This document shows, piece by piece, positions 29,062-38,528 of a stretch of DNA of 56,188 nucleotides. Positions within the stretch are counted from its first letter, which is position 1. Each line of letters begins with the position of its first letter. Origin of the DNA: an uncultured Desulfovibrionaceae bacterium. Its GTDB lineage: Bacteria; Desulfobacterota; Desulfovibrionia; Desulfovibrionales; Desulfovibrionaceae. The notes below the pieces were generated by a model that saw only the letters and a list, made by a program, of their open reading frames with translations, had not been told where the DNA came from and searched no databases. The stretch spans positions 1 through 56,188 of the forward strand of contig CAYJND010000001.1 in NCBI GenBank assembly GCA_964371565.1. The letters are read 5' to 3'. The position numbers were made by a program, and so were the translations under genes.

Positions 29062-30030
29062 TCAAAACAATTTACCTAGGGATAAGCGTACAAGCTCTCG
29101 CATAAGATCTTGCCGTAAGTGTTTATCAGAAATAGACGCCAATAAGCGTTCTACTTTATACGCAGTAATGCGCAAAAAAGCTTTGTGCTGTATATCTTCA
29201 CGCGCAAGTACAGCCTCATACACTTGATTTGCCCAGTGCAAAAGCGTTTGCGGTGCCATATCTGGCACCAAACTAAAATCAGAATTAGCGAGCATGGCAT
29301 GTTTTTGCGTACTCAATGTATCGTGGGGCAAATGCAATGTTTGCAAAAGGCGCTTAACTGCCATGGCATGGTATTTTGTATTGGTAGGCCGGTGAAAATA
29401 GCGGTATTTATACAATATTTGCCCCGTATTACTCATACGCAAGGGGCTTGTAAAAAGTGTATCTAGCCAAAAGGCATAATCTTCTACCCGCGAAAGCTGA
29501 GCATCGTAGCGTAAGTTCGTATTCACAAAATCTTTAAGGCGCACACACGCTGTGGCGCTAACAATGGGGCTTATCCACAAAGATTGCGCCTTCATAATAG
29601 CATGACTTAAAGCCGGCTTAACAACGTGCTCAGCGCCCCCAAAGCATTGCATGGCTGTTCCTTGTACGCTTATGTCCGCACGGCTCTCCATAAAGACAAT
29701 TTGCCTTTCAAGCCGCTCTGGCAAAGAAATATCATCGCCATCCATCCAAAAAAGATATTGCGCGCCCTCTTCTTTATGGGCAGTGCAGGCGGCATCTAAA
29801 GCTCTATTGCGTGCCCTAGGCCGCCCCACATTTTCTTGCAAGGAGATGCAACGGATACGCCCATCAATTTGCGCAAAGTTCTCTATAATATGAGCACTCT
29901 CGTCGGTACTACCGTCATTAATTATAAGCAGCGTAAAATCTGCAAAAGTCTGCGCAAGAATAGATTGAATAGCTTCAGCTAAATAAGCAGCATCATTATA
30001 GACGGTTAAAGCGACAAAGGCTTTAGACAT
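29062..30030 (-). CDS. Family 2 glycosyltransferase
   Basis: VALTVYNDAAYLAEAIQSILAQTFADFTLLIINDGSTDES plus a DGDD (DxD) motif. It starts 2 nt after the uvrA stop. Confidence 0.85.
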   Translation of the reverse strand: MSKAFVALTVYNDAAYLAEAIQSILAQTFADFTLLIINDGSTDESAHIIENFAQIDGRIRCISLQENVGRPRARNRALDAACTAHKEEGAQYLFWMDGDDISLPERLERQIVFMESRADISVQGTAMQCFGGAEHVVKPALSHAIMKAQSLWISPIVSATACVRLKDFVNTNLRYDAQLSRVEDYAFWLDTLFTSPLRMSNTGQILYKYRYFHRPTNTKYHAMAVKRLLQTLHLPHDTLSTQKHAMLANSDFSLVPDMAPQTLLHWANQVYEAVLAREDIQHKAFLRITAYKVERLLASISDKHLRQDLMRELVRLSLGKLF

Positions 30031-30032
30031 AG

Positions 30033-32954
30033 TTATACCTTGCGTTTACGACGCAAATTTCTCTCTTCCATAAGAAATTTGCCCGTCACGGAATTAGGAT
30101 CAGCCACAATGGCTTCGGGGGTACCCTCTGCCACAATGCGCCCGCCATTTTCACCGCCGCCAGGGCCTAAATCCAGCACATGGTCAGAGCTTAAAATCAC
30201 ATCGGTATTATGCTCAATGACCACCACCGACGCGCCGCGCTCTACCAATTTATGCAATACGGTTATAAGCTTACCCACTTCGTGCATATGCAAGCCTGTG
30301 GTGGGTTCATCTAAAATGTATAGGGTGCCGGGCAAAGATTTTTTGCCAAGCTCACGAGAGATTTTAATTCTTTGCGCTTCACCGCCAGACAAGGTAGTAG
30401 CAGGCTGCCCTAAACGAATATAATCTAAGCCCACATCTTTAAGCACTGCCAAGCGCCGCGCCAATACAGGGTAATTTTCAAAAAAAGTATAAGCTTGATC
30501 TACAGAAAGATCTAACACTTCGGCAATATTAAGCCCCTTATACCTAACTTCAAGGGTTTCGTGATTATAGCGCTTCCCTTTGCACACATCGCATTGCACA
30601 TACACATCGGGCAAAAAGTGCATTTCTACACGAATTTGCCCATCACCATTACAGGCCTCGCAACGCCCACCACGCACATTAAAGCTAAAACGGCTCGCCG
30701 TATAGCCGCGCTTACGTGCATCGGCTGTACTGGCAAAGATATTACGTATTTCATCAAAAATCTTGGTATAGGTAGCAGGGTTAGAACGCGGCGTACGACC
30801 AATGGCGCTTTGATCAATGGAGACAATACGCTCAATGCCCTCATGTCCGCTCATACCGGCAATAATGCCGGGCTGATCCACACGAATGCCTTGTGACAAA
30901 GCCAAATGCTTATATAAAGTATCTACCACCAAGGAAGACTTACCCGAACCCGAAACACCGGTAACGCAAGTCAGCACCCCAAGGGGTATATGGCAATCAA
31001 TATTTTTAAGATTATTGGTGGTAATGCCTCTTAAGGTAAGGGTGCCTTTTCCCTCGCGGCGCTCATCGGGCAGGGCTATACCCATATCACCGCGCAAATA
31101 TTTAGCCGTAAGGGTTTCGGCCTTATTCATGAGGGTGGGCACATCGCCCAAAAATACAAGATCGCCGCCGAAAGAACCAGAACCAGGCCCAAGCTCAATG
31201 ACGGTATCAGCCTCGCAAATGGTGGCTTCATCATGCTCTACCACCAGCACCGTATTACCGCGCTGTTGTAATGAGCGTAAGGTGCCTATAAGGCGTTCAT
31301 TATCCCGCGGGTGCAGACCAATGGAGGGTTCATCTAGCACATAGGTAACCCCCACAAGGCCAGAGCCAAGCTGCGAAGCTAAGCGAATGCGCTGGGCTTC
31401 ACCGCCAGACAAAGTAGACATGGCGCGCCCCAATGAAATATATTCTAGCCCCACATCATGCATAAAGCGCAAACGATGACGAAGCTCTTTAAGCAAAGGT
31501 TCAGCAATAAGGGCGTGGCGCCCGCCAAAGTTTTGTTCTTCAAGCCAATCAATGGCTTTTTCTACAGAAAGGCGGCAAAAAGCATCAATATTACTATCTC
31601 CTACGCGCACAGCCAAAGACTCAGGGCGTAAACGCGCCCCCTGACAATCAGGGCAATAGGTGGATTGACGATAACGAGAAAGGGTTTCGCGCCAGGCATC
31701 GCCGTATTGCATGCCTTTTTCTAACAAGGGCATAACACCAGTCCAGCGCTTTTCATTGATGGGCACAGCGCCTTGTGCCTCTTCATCATGGCTAAAACTT
31801 TGGCTGTTATAATCGCCTTGTGCGTCCAAAGCCACATTGCCGCCCATCCAATTGCGGCGTAAACCTTGCGAGCCCTGAGCAGGTTTACCCTTGGCATCTT
31901 CACCGTAAAAAAGAGCAGAAAGAGCCTTTTCGCTAAAATCTGCTAGGGGAGTATCTAGGGTAAATTTCCATCTTTTACCAAGAGCCGTTAAGGCATCGGC
32001 ATAGCGAGCAAACATTTTAGGTGAAGCCCAAGGCAAAAGCGCCCCACCCGTCAAGGACAGCCCCTTATTGGGCACCACTAGCAATGGCTCAAAATAATCG
32101 ACAGTGCCAAGACCCACACAACGCGGACAAGCGCCTTGGGGGCTATTAAAAGAAAATAATTGCGGACTGGGCGCCGGCAAAGAGAGACGACATTTCTTAC
32201 ACACAGATGATGTGGCATGCACAATATCTTCTTTGGTGTCAGGCATATGCAGGGTCAGGCGTCCTTCGCCATAGCGCAAAGCCAGCTCTACCGAATCTGC
32301 CAAGCGTCCGCGTAGTCCCTCTTTGTTCACCAAGCGGTCTACCACCAAATCAATGCTGTGTTTTTTATTTTTATCCAGCGCCGGCACATCATCAATGCCC
32401 AAAATCTCGCCATTGACTCGCACGCGCACAAAGCCCTCGGCTTTAAGCTTTTTAAAGCGATCTGCATGGGTGCCTTTTTGATGCTCTACCAGTGGCGCCA
32501 TAAGAATGAATTTTGTGCCTAAGGGAAGTTGCAAAATATCTTCAATAATTTCATCGGCAGCGCGTGCTTCAATGGGTTCATCACATTGAGGGCAATACAT
32601 ACGCCCAAGGCGTGCAAAAAACACACGCAAAAAGTCGTAAATTTCTGTCACGGTGCCCACGGTAGAACGGGGGTTACGGGCGGTAGATTGCTGCTCTAAA
32701 GAAATAGCCGGCGATAAACCTTCTATTTTTTCCACAGCAGGTTTATTCATTTGCGGTAAAAATTGGCGTGCGTAAGCAGAAAGAGACTCTACATAGCGGC
32801 GCTGCCCCTCAGCATATACTATATCAAAGGCTAAAGTAGACTTGCCAGAACCAGAAGGACCACAAATAACTACCAAAGCATCACGGGGAATATCCAAAGA
32901 AATATTTTTTAAATTATGGTGCTTGGCACCTTGTATGGAAATGCAATTTTTCAT
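30033..32954 (-). CDS. uvrA: Excinuclease ABC subunit A
   Basis: Two ABC modules (GPSGSGKSTLAFD and GVSGSGKSSLV; LSGGEAQRI appears twice) plus zinc-finger Cys pairs. The start is trimmed to the ATG at 32954 (MKNCISIQGAKHHNLKNI); the 93-codon upstream ORF extension is spurious. Confidence 0.96.
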   Translation of the reverse strand: MKNCISIQGAKHHNLKNISLDIPRDALVVICGPSGSGKSTLAFDIVYAEGQRRYVESLSAYARQFLPQMNKPAVEKIEGLSPAISLEQQSTARNPRSTVGTVTEIYDFLRVFFARLGRMYCPQCDEPIEARAADEIIEDILQLPLGTKFILMAPLVEHQKGTHADRFKKLKAEGFVRVRVNGEILGIDDVPALDKNKKHSIDLVVDRLVNKEGLRGRLADSVELALRYGEGRLTLHMPDTKEDIVHATSSVCKKCRLSLPAPSPQLFSFNSPQGACPRCVGLGTVDYFEPLLVVPNKGLSLTGGALLPWASPKMFARYADALTALGKRWKFTLDTPLADFSEKALSALFYGEDAKGKPAQGSQGLRRNWMGGNVALDAQGDYNSQSFSHDEEAQGAVPINEKRWTGVMPLLEKGMQYGDAWRETLSRYRQSTYCPDCQGARLRPESLAVRVGDSNIDAFCRLSVEKAIDWLEEQNFGGRHALIAEPLLKELRHRLRFMHDVGLEYISLGRAMSTLSGGEAQRIRLASQLGSGLVGVTYVLDEPSIGLHPRDNERLIGTLRSLQQRGNTVLVVEHDEATICEADTVIELGPGSGSFGGDLVFLGDVPTLMNKAETLTAKYLRGDMGIALPDERREGKGTLTLRGITTNNLKNIDCHIPLGVLTCVTGVSGSGKSSLVVDTLYKHLALSQGIRVDQPGIIAGMSGHEGIERIVSIDQSAIGRTPRSNPATYTKIFDEIRNIFASTADARKRGYTASRFSFNVRGGRCEACNGDGQIRVEMHFLPDVYVQCDVCKGKRYNHETLEVRYKGLNIAEVLDLSVDQAYTFFENYPVLARRLAVLKDVGLDYIRLGQPATTLSGGEAQRIKISRELGKKSLPGTLYILDEPTTGLHMHEVGKLITVLHKLVERGASVVVIEHNTDVILSSDHVLDLGPGGGENGGRIVAEGTPEAIVADPNSVTGKFLMEERNLRRKRKV

Positions 32955-33098
32955 GGGGCAAAGGTAGTGCCTATCTTGCCCTTTGGCAAGGCAAGGAAAC
33001 GAATTTTTATAAAAATTTTCGTAGAAATTTACCCCTGAATGGTATACTTTATACGGCGCAAACCAGCATAGCACCAAGCGGTGCCCAAGGAGATGTCT

Positions 33099-33944
33099 AT
33101 GCGTGAAATTCAGGCTGAGGCCATTAGTAAAACCGTAGCGGAACTTGCCATTAAAGCTTGCTGTAAACTTCCATCCGATGTGTACCAAGCCTTTAAAGAT
33201 GCCAAGGATAACGAGCCCTCCCCCGTGGGGCAAAACATTTTAGAGCAGCTTATTTTAAATGCGGACATTGCCGCACAAGATAGCATTCCCATCTGTCAAG
33301 ATACGGGACTGGCCGTAGTTTTTGCCGATGTGGGTCAAGATGTGCGCATTGTGGGCGGCGATTTTGAAGCAGCCATTCACGAAGGTATTCGCCGTGGATA
33401 TACTGAGGGATATTTGCGTAAATCCTGCGTAGAAGAACCACTTTTTGAAAGAAAAAACACTAAAGATAATACCCCTGCCATTATTCATACCCGCATTGTG
33501 CCTGGTGATGCTTTGCATTTGCGCTTAGCCCCCAAGGGCGCCGGCTCAGAAAATAAAAGCGTTTTAAAAATGTTAGTACCTGCCGATGGCATTGAGGGCG
33601 TGCGCCAAGTGGTACTTGATGCCATTAAACTTGCCGGCCCCAACTCTTGCCCTCCCATGGTGGTGGGTGTAGGTATTGGCGGTAATTTAGAAATGGCAGC
33701 CATCTGTGCCAAACGCGCCGCCGCGCGTGATATTGATACACAAAACCCCGATCCGCGCTATGCCGCCTTTGAAAAAGAGCTTTTAGAAATGGCCAATAAA
33801 ACCGGCATAGGGCCACAAGGGCTTGGCGGTAAAAACACCGCCCTGCGCGTGCATGTAGAATGGTATGCTACCCACATTGCGTCTTTACCCGTAGCAGTAA
33901 ATATCAACTGTAACGCCGCGCGTCACGCCGAAGCCATTTTGTAA
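33099..33944 (+). CDS. Fe-S type fumarate/tartrate hydro-lyase, alpha (N-terminal) subunit
   Basis: PICQDTGLAV, the PMVVGVGIGG region, and the NINCNAARH end. The start ATG at 33099 is 6 nt after AGGAG. Confidence 0.9.
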   Translation: MREIQAEAISKTVAELAIKACCKLPSDVYQAFKDAKDNEPSPVGQNILEQLILNADIAAQDSIPICQDTGLAVVFADVGQDVRIVGGDFEAAIHEGIRRGYTEGYLRKSCVEEPLFERKNTKDNTPAIIHTRIVPGDALHLRLAPKGAGSENKSVLKMLVPADGIEGVRQVVLDAIKLAGPNSCPPMVVGVGIGGNLEMAAICAKRAAARDIDTQNPDPRYAAFEKELLEMANKTGIGPQGLGGKNTALRVHVEWYATHIASLPVAVNINCNAARHAEAIL

Positions 33945-33955
33945 GGAGAGCCGCC

Positions 33956-34510
33956 ATGTCTGCAAAAAAAATCACTGCCCCCTTTGATGATGCCACGGCG
34001 CGCTCTTTACGCGCTGGTGACCGTGTACTTATTAGCGGCACCATTATTGCCGCGCGCGACGCTGCTCATAAAAAATTAGTAGAAACCTTAGATGCAGGGC
34101 AAGAGCTGCCTGTGGATTTAAGTAATGCCGTTATTTATTATGTAGGCCCATCCCCTGCTAAACCTGGCGAAGCCATTGGCGCTGCTGGCCCCACCACTTC
34201 TGGACGTATGGATGCCTATACCCCCCGCATTTTAGAGCAAGGGGTACGCGGCATGATTGGTAAGGGCTATCGCAAGCCAGAAGTGGTAGAATCCATGAAA
34301 AAACACGGCGTGCCTTATATGGCTGCTGTGGGCGGCGCAGGTGCACTTATTGCCAAAAGTATTAAAAAATACACGGTACTTGCCTATGAAGACTTAGGCC
34401 CAGAAGCAGTGGCTGCCATGGAAGTGGTAGATTTTCCTGCCATTGTGGTTGTAGACTGTGATGGTAATGATTATTACGAACAAGGCCAAGTGCCCTACCG
34501 TCAAATCTAA
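33956..34510 (+). CDS. Fe-S type fumarate/tartrate hydro-lyase, beta (C-terminal) subunit
   Basis: 184 aa. LRAGDRVLISGTIIAARDAAHKKL, GPTTSGRMD, IGKG. Confidence 0.9.
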   Translation: MSAKKITAPFDDATARSLRAGDRVLISGTIIAARDAAHKKLVETLDAGQELPVDLSNAVIYYVGPSPAKPGEAIGAAGPTTSGRMDAYTPRILEQGVRGMIGKGYRKPEVVESMKKHGVPYMAAVGGAGALIAKSIKKYTVLAYEDLGPEAVAAMEVVDFPAIVVVDCDGNDYYEQGQVPYRQI

Positions 34511-34696
34511 AACCTCTTTATGCGTATTGCCCCTATTTTATTGAAAAAGGGGCAATGCGTAGTACAGCACTTTACTTTTCTTAGCTTACGCCCCCTTGCC
34601 ACCATGGTGAAAAGGTTTTATATTGTAGCCATGTTGACAGTACACACTTTTTCTTCTTTCCATAAGCGGCATTTGCTTAAGGCAAAGGGTTATGTC

Positions 34697-35299
34697 ATGA
34701 CTTTTTGCGCTCTTTTGAGTCTAGGTATTATACATTTAGGCTTTACCCCCGCTCTACATGCCAAGACCCTTATGGACGCCCCTGAACTTTCAGAACTTTC
34801 AAGCGCCTCCTCAGCAGAGCAGCAGCGCGCTGCCGCCTTTGGCGTGTGGCAAAATCAAGAAAGTGTTTTACCGCGAAAAGAAGATAAAATTTGGCAACAA
34901 GGCACCTCCGCTGGTGAGCTTTTGCGCCAAAAAAACCCGCTACAAGCAAAGCCTACCCCTAACCCCACCCCCGACATGGGTCCGCAACAAGCCCCAGCCC
35001 CCACTGAGCCTGCCAAAGAAGGTATAACCTTAGCCGGCGGAGCTATTAAGGGCGACTCTGATGTAATAGGCAGCACTTGGCATGCCCCTGGCTCTCAAGA
35101 GCCTATTATTGACGAAGATATGATGCATAGACAGCACGACGTGGTGGGTGCTTATGGGCAAATGGCAAGCGGTGACGATTTTAAAATGACCATGGGCCCA
35201 GAGCTGTATATTCCCGGTGAGGGGGCAGACGTGCTTGGTAAAGACAGCTCTGAAGCATCTGAGCTTGGCATGAGCATGAAGTTTAAATGGGGCTTTTAG
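34697..35299 (+). CDS. Secreted low-complexity hypothetical protein
   Basis: About 200 aa from the ATG at 34697, with signal peptide MTFCALLSLGIIHLGFTPALHA. It has a Pro/Gln-rich centre and ends in MKFKWGF (aromatic terminus). The start is uncertain; the ORF opens at 34520. Confidence 0.45.
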   Translation: MTFCALLSLGIIHLGFTPALHAKTLMDAPELSELSSASSAEQQRAAAFGVWQNQESVLPRKEDKIWQQGTSAGELLRQKNPLQAKPTPNPTPDMGPQQAPAPTEPAKEGITLAGGAIKGDSDVIGSTWHAPGSQEPIIDEDMMHRQHDVVGAYGQMASGDDFKMTMGPELYIPGEGADVLGKDSSEASELGMSMKFKWGF

Positions 35300-35810
35300 A
35301 CACTTTTTCACCTTCTCAAAGAGCCTACGAAAAAATCTCGCCCTAGCAGTACGTTCCAGCATATTCATTATTGACTAAGCTCATTAAAAATAAGCCCAAC
35401 AATAGCACTTTTATCAATATAAAAAAGCCATGTGTACCACATGACTCTTTATGGATATAAACATAAGCAACCGCAGGCTGATAGCCCAAAAGTCACTGAA
35501 AAACACCCTATACAGAATGTGTTGTTATATCTCTCCTCTATGGGGCCTCAAAAAGCAGCTTCATCAAGAAAATACACAGCGCTTTTAAGAACTACTCATC
35601 ATCTATTTGGCACTTCACATAGAATATATAAATAACAAATCTACAGCGATTATCATGTTTATTTTTATACGATTTTACCCCGCAGTTATAAATTTTTCTC
35701 AAGTAAATAGCCAAGAGTTAGTAGCTTGCCACAGTGCGCATTTTTATGGTACCTGCTCTCATATACGAAAACCTCTGCACAATTATTTTTAAATATAACT
35801 TTACCAGTAA

Positions 35811-35842
35811 TTATTTTTAACATTGCATAAAGTTAAAAATAA
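35811..35842. repeat. Perfect 11-bp AT-only inverted repeat in a 630-bp non-coding region
   Basis: TTATTTTTAAC (35811-35821), 10-nt spacer, GTTAAAAATAA (35832-35842). It lies about 85 bp upstream of the ATG at 35927. Confidence 0.5.
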
Positions 35843-35926
35843 ACGTGCAAAGGTCTTATACGGCTCATAGTGCGAGGTTGCACTTGCCAGAGCCGCATAT
35901 AAGCCTCTATAGATAAAGATAAGGGT

Positions 35927-36934
35927 ATGAAAACAAAATACTGTTTACGCTTTTTGGGTTTAAGCCTTGGCGCTAGCCTTATGCTCTATTTTGCGCTTAC
36001 CCTGCACTGGAAAGAATTCATTGCCCTTTTCACAGGTATACATTTACTTCCACTTCTAGCGGCGGCGGCGCTTTTTATTTTTGCAAGTTTTTTTCGTGCG
36101 CTGCGTTTAGAAATTATTCTACGCACGCAGTGCCATGCATCCCATAGCCTCGGCGCCCGCCTCAGGCACTGTTTACACGCCATTTATATTGGCAATTTTG
36201 GTAATTTTATTTTTCCTGCTCGTGCAGGTGAAGTGCTACGCATGTACCATGTGCATAAAAAATTACGCATACCTTTTATTGATACCATTACCCTATGCAT
36301 GGTAGATAGGCTTTTTGATGTATGGAGCCTTTTTCTCTTGGGCGGCGTGCTGGTATGCAGTGTATTTAGTCATATGCCTACCTTGTTTACAGCTTTTTTC
36401 TCGCTGCTTGGTATCACAGCTTTAAGCCTTGTGGCCTTGGGTATTGTTTTTATCTACCCTGTGCATATATACACGCTACTATGTGTTCTATTTAAGCCTC
36501 TCCCCCCATTTTTACAAAAAAAATTACGCCATTTTTGCAAATCTAGCCTCTTATCTTTACAAAGAATACGCTCGTTAAAAATACTCTTTCTTGCCCTTGG
36601 CTACTCTCTTTGCTCTTTTGTTATAAGCATATTCATGTGCCAAGAGCTTTTTTTCGTTTTTGGCTGGCAATTACCCCTTACCGCGGCCCTTATGATGAAG
36701 CTGTGTTTAAGCTTTGCAGGCAGTTTACCCTCTGCACCAGCATTTTTGGGCTTATACCAAGCTGCGGCGGTTTTTGCCTTAGCCCCTTTTCACCTTGGGC
36801 GCGAAGAAGGCGTAGCCTATGCCCTTATGCTGCAAATGCTCTCTTTTTGCCTCTATGCCCTTTTAGGGGGCGGCGGATTTTTAGCTTTAAGAAAAAAGCA
36901 AAGCCACTTACAAGCCCAAAAACAGAACACGTAA
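35927..36934 (+). CDS. Flippase-like membrane protein (lysyl-phosphatidylglycerol synthase TM-domain / UPF0104 family)
   Basis: 335 aa with about 8 TM helices. Family signature FRALRLEIIL ... IGNFGNFIFPARAGEVLRMY ... MVDRLFDV. Confidence 0.8.
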   Translation: MKTKYCLRFLGLSLGASLMLYFALTLHWKEFIALFTGIHLLPLLAAAALFIFASFFRALRLEIILRTQCHASHSLGARLRHCLHAIYIGNFGNFIFPARAGEVLRMYHVHKKLRIPFIDTITLCMVDRLFDVWSLFLLGGVLVCSVFSHMPTLFTAFFSLLGITALSLVALGIVFIYPVHIYTLLCVLFKPLPPFLQKKLRHFCKSSLLSLQRIRSLKILFLALGYSLCSFVISIFMCQELFFVFGWQLPLTAALMMKLCLSFAGSLPSAPAFLGLYQAAAVFALAPFHLGREEGVAYALMLQMLSFCLYALLGGGGFLALRKKQSHLQAQKQNT

Positions 36935-36969
36935 GTGCTTTTCCACTATCCAGAGGGATAAATCATGCC
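36888..36969 (+). repeat. Direct repeat copy A (3' end of the flippase-like gene plus downstream leader/RBS/ATG)
   Basis: 36895-36926 AAAGCAAAGCCACTTACAAGCCCAAAAACAGA matches 41462-41493 at 30/32 nt. 36945-36969 ACTATCCAGAGGGATAAATCATGCC matches 41541-41566 ACTTACCCGAGGGAGGAAAGCATGCT. Confidence 0.85.
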
Positions 36970-37123
36970 GAAAGCACAAGATGTATTTGATGAAATGAAT
37001 TTAATATAAATTGGAATACTCTTGAAAGACTCGTTTTACAAGAGGCAATAAGAGCTAAGGTGACAATAGCTCCATTATTCTTACCAGCACTAGACTGTTA
37101 AGAAAAAGTTAACAACTCACCCC

Positions 37124-37169
37124 CCCCTTGGCTTCGAAAATCCGAAACCAAGGGGATTTTTTTATTTTT
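37124..37169. terminator. Strong hairpin with T-run between the flippase-like gene and the end of the minus-strand cassette
   Basis: CCCCTTGG(C)TTCG, loop AAAATC, CGAA(A)CCAAGGGG, then ATTTTTTTATTTTT on the + strand. It lies 18 nt downstream of the stop at 37173 of the minus-strand gene. Confidence 0.65.
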
Positions 37170-37172
37170 ATG

Positions 37173-38528
37173 CTACAGCACACTTTCTAGTGATAGGCAA
37201 AGTTTATCCACCAAAAAGTCAGCATTTTCTTTGGTGAAAATCAGCTGTGGGCGGAGTTTTAGGCTAGCGCCATAGGCACTGGTGGTTCCCACAAGAACGT
37301 GATTATCTTTCAATGTATTCACTATCTTTACCGTAAGTTCTGGCTGCACTTCCTTATGCGGCCCCACAATATCGATGCCATAGAAAAAGCCCTTGCTGCG
37401 AATTTCACCCACCATGGGATACGGCGCCACCTTGCTTTGCAATAGCTGATCAAAATAGGCACCAACCACATTGACATTTTCTATAAGACGTTCACTTTCT
37501 ATGAAATCAAGTACCGCTGTGGCGGCGGCTACAGCGCCGTGTGAGCTGGCAAAAGTATTAAAATAGCCCTGCCCCTTGTTAAGCTGTGCAAGGTATTCAG
37601 CATTGGTGGCAATGGCGGCTACAGGGTAGCCATTGCCCATGGGCTTACCCATGGTCACTATATCCGGTGTGATATTTTGACTCTCAAAACCCCACATGGT
37701 ACCCGTTCTGCCAAAGCCTGGTTGCACCTCATCGGCTATATACAGGCCTTTTTTCGCATGCAAATGCGCAATGCCGGCACACATAAAGCCCAGTGGTTCG
37801 CTATACACGCCATCACTAGAAAAAATAGTATCTGCCAAAAAAGCCGCGCAACCATAGCCCTCTTTTTCTAGGGCATCAATGGCTTGCTCCATGGCCTGTA
37901 AAAAGGCTTGTGCAGGATCATCCGAAGCGCAGATAGCCACCATATCAATGGGTTTTAGCCAAGGCTCTTTTTGATTGTGACGCATGGCAGAGGGCGAAAC
38001 CTTGGACACCAAATCTGTATTGCCATGATAAGCCAAGGCGCTCACAATAATGCCGTGCTTTTGCGTCACTTCGCGTGCGCAGCGAATGGCTAAATCGTTA
38101 CTCTCGCTACCCGTACAAGTCATCATGATCCTATCAATATTTGTAGGTAAAGTAGCAAGCAATCTTTCTGCATAATCATGTAAGCCCTGTGAAAGGTAGC
38201 GATTATGGCAATTAAGTTCCTGCCACTGCGAGGCAATGGCTTTACCCACTTGAGCATTGCTGTGCCCTATGGACTGCACATTATTATAGGCATCTAAATA
38301 GGCTTTACCCTCATAATCATACAGCCATACATCTTTACCCCGCACAAGCTCTAAGGGCTGCTTATAAAAAAGCACAGACATGGGGCCAATAAGGTTTTGC
38401 CTACGCTCTACTTCCTTTTTTAAACGCACATTAGATGTGGGAATAGATGCAGGATCATAGGAATTTTGCTCTAATATGGAAAAATTGGCCTCAGAAATAA
38501 CGGCACTTTCACTAGCATTACACAGCAT
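37173..38528 (-). CDS. Class III aminotransferase-fold enzyme of the ETNPPL/PHYKPL (AGXT2L) ammoniophospholyase type
   Basis: 451 aa. YNNVQSIGHSN, NRYL, YAERLLATLP, GSESNDLAIRCAR, ADEVQPGFGRTG and PDIVTMGKPMGNGYPVA (the hallmark MGKPMGNG PLP-Lys motif of the AGXT2L family), and LKLRPQLIFTKENADFLVDKL. Its start overlaps the upstream kinase stop by 11 nt. Confidence 0.75.
   Translation of the reverse strand: MLCNASESAVISEANFSILEQNSYDPASIPTSNVRLKKEVERRQNLIGPMSVLFYKQPLELVRGKDVWLYDYEGKAYLDAYNNVQSIGHSNAQVGKAIASQWQELNCHNRYLSQGLHDYAERLLATLPTNIDRIMMTCTGSESNDLAIRCAREVTQKHGIIVSALAYHGNTDLVSKVSPSAMRHNQKEPWLKPIDMVAICASDDPAQAFLQAMEQAIDALEKEGYGCAAFLADTIFSSDGVYSEPLGFMCAGIAHLHAKKGLYIADEVQPGFGRTGTMWGFESQNITPDIVTMGKPMGNGYPVAAIATNAEYLAQLNKGQGYFNTFASSHGAVAAATAVLDFIESERLIENVNVVGAYFDQLLQSKVAPYPMVGEIRSKGFFYGIDIVGPHKEVQPELTVKIVNTLKDNHVLVGTTSAYGASLKLRPQLIFTKENADFLVDKLCLSLESVL

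Noticed and set aside
32975-33021. A hairpin CTTGCC-CTTT-GGCAAG and an imperfect AT palindrome CGAATTTTTATAAAAATTTTCG between uvrA and the fumarate hydratase genes, considered as a possible LexA/SOS box.
   Set aside because: I do not know a validated LexA consensus for this lineage that matches. The palindrome is imperfect and pure AT. It is kept only as a note because CTTGCC/GGCAAG half-sites recur near the SMR promoter.
32955-33233. Long N-terminal ORF extensions of uvrA (93 codons), the hybrid kinase (23542-23685), mnmG (6698-6763), the cyclase (46987-47064), the permease (40960-41007) and others.
   Set aside because: The homologous protein N-termini begin at the internal Met codons, which have better RBSs. 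The extensions overlap neighbouring genes or promoters and have non-protein-like composition.
36965-37009. A 14-codon ORF (MPKAQDVFDEMNLI) behind the duplicated RBS in repeat copy A, considered as a possible micropeptide or RiPP precursor.
   Set aside because: It is most simply the orphaned RBS/ATG left by the duplication. It has no Cys/Ser/Thr-rich core and no other support. Only ribosome profiling could rescue it.
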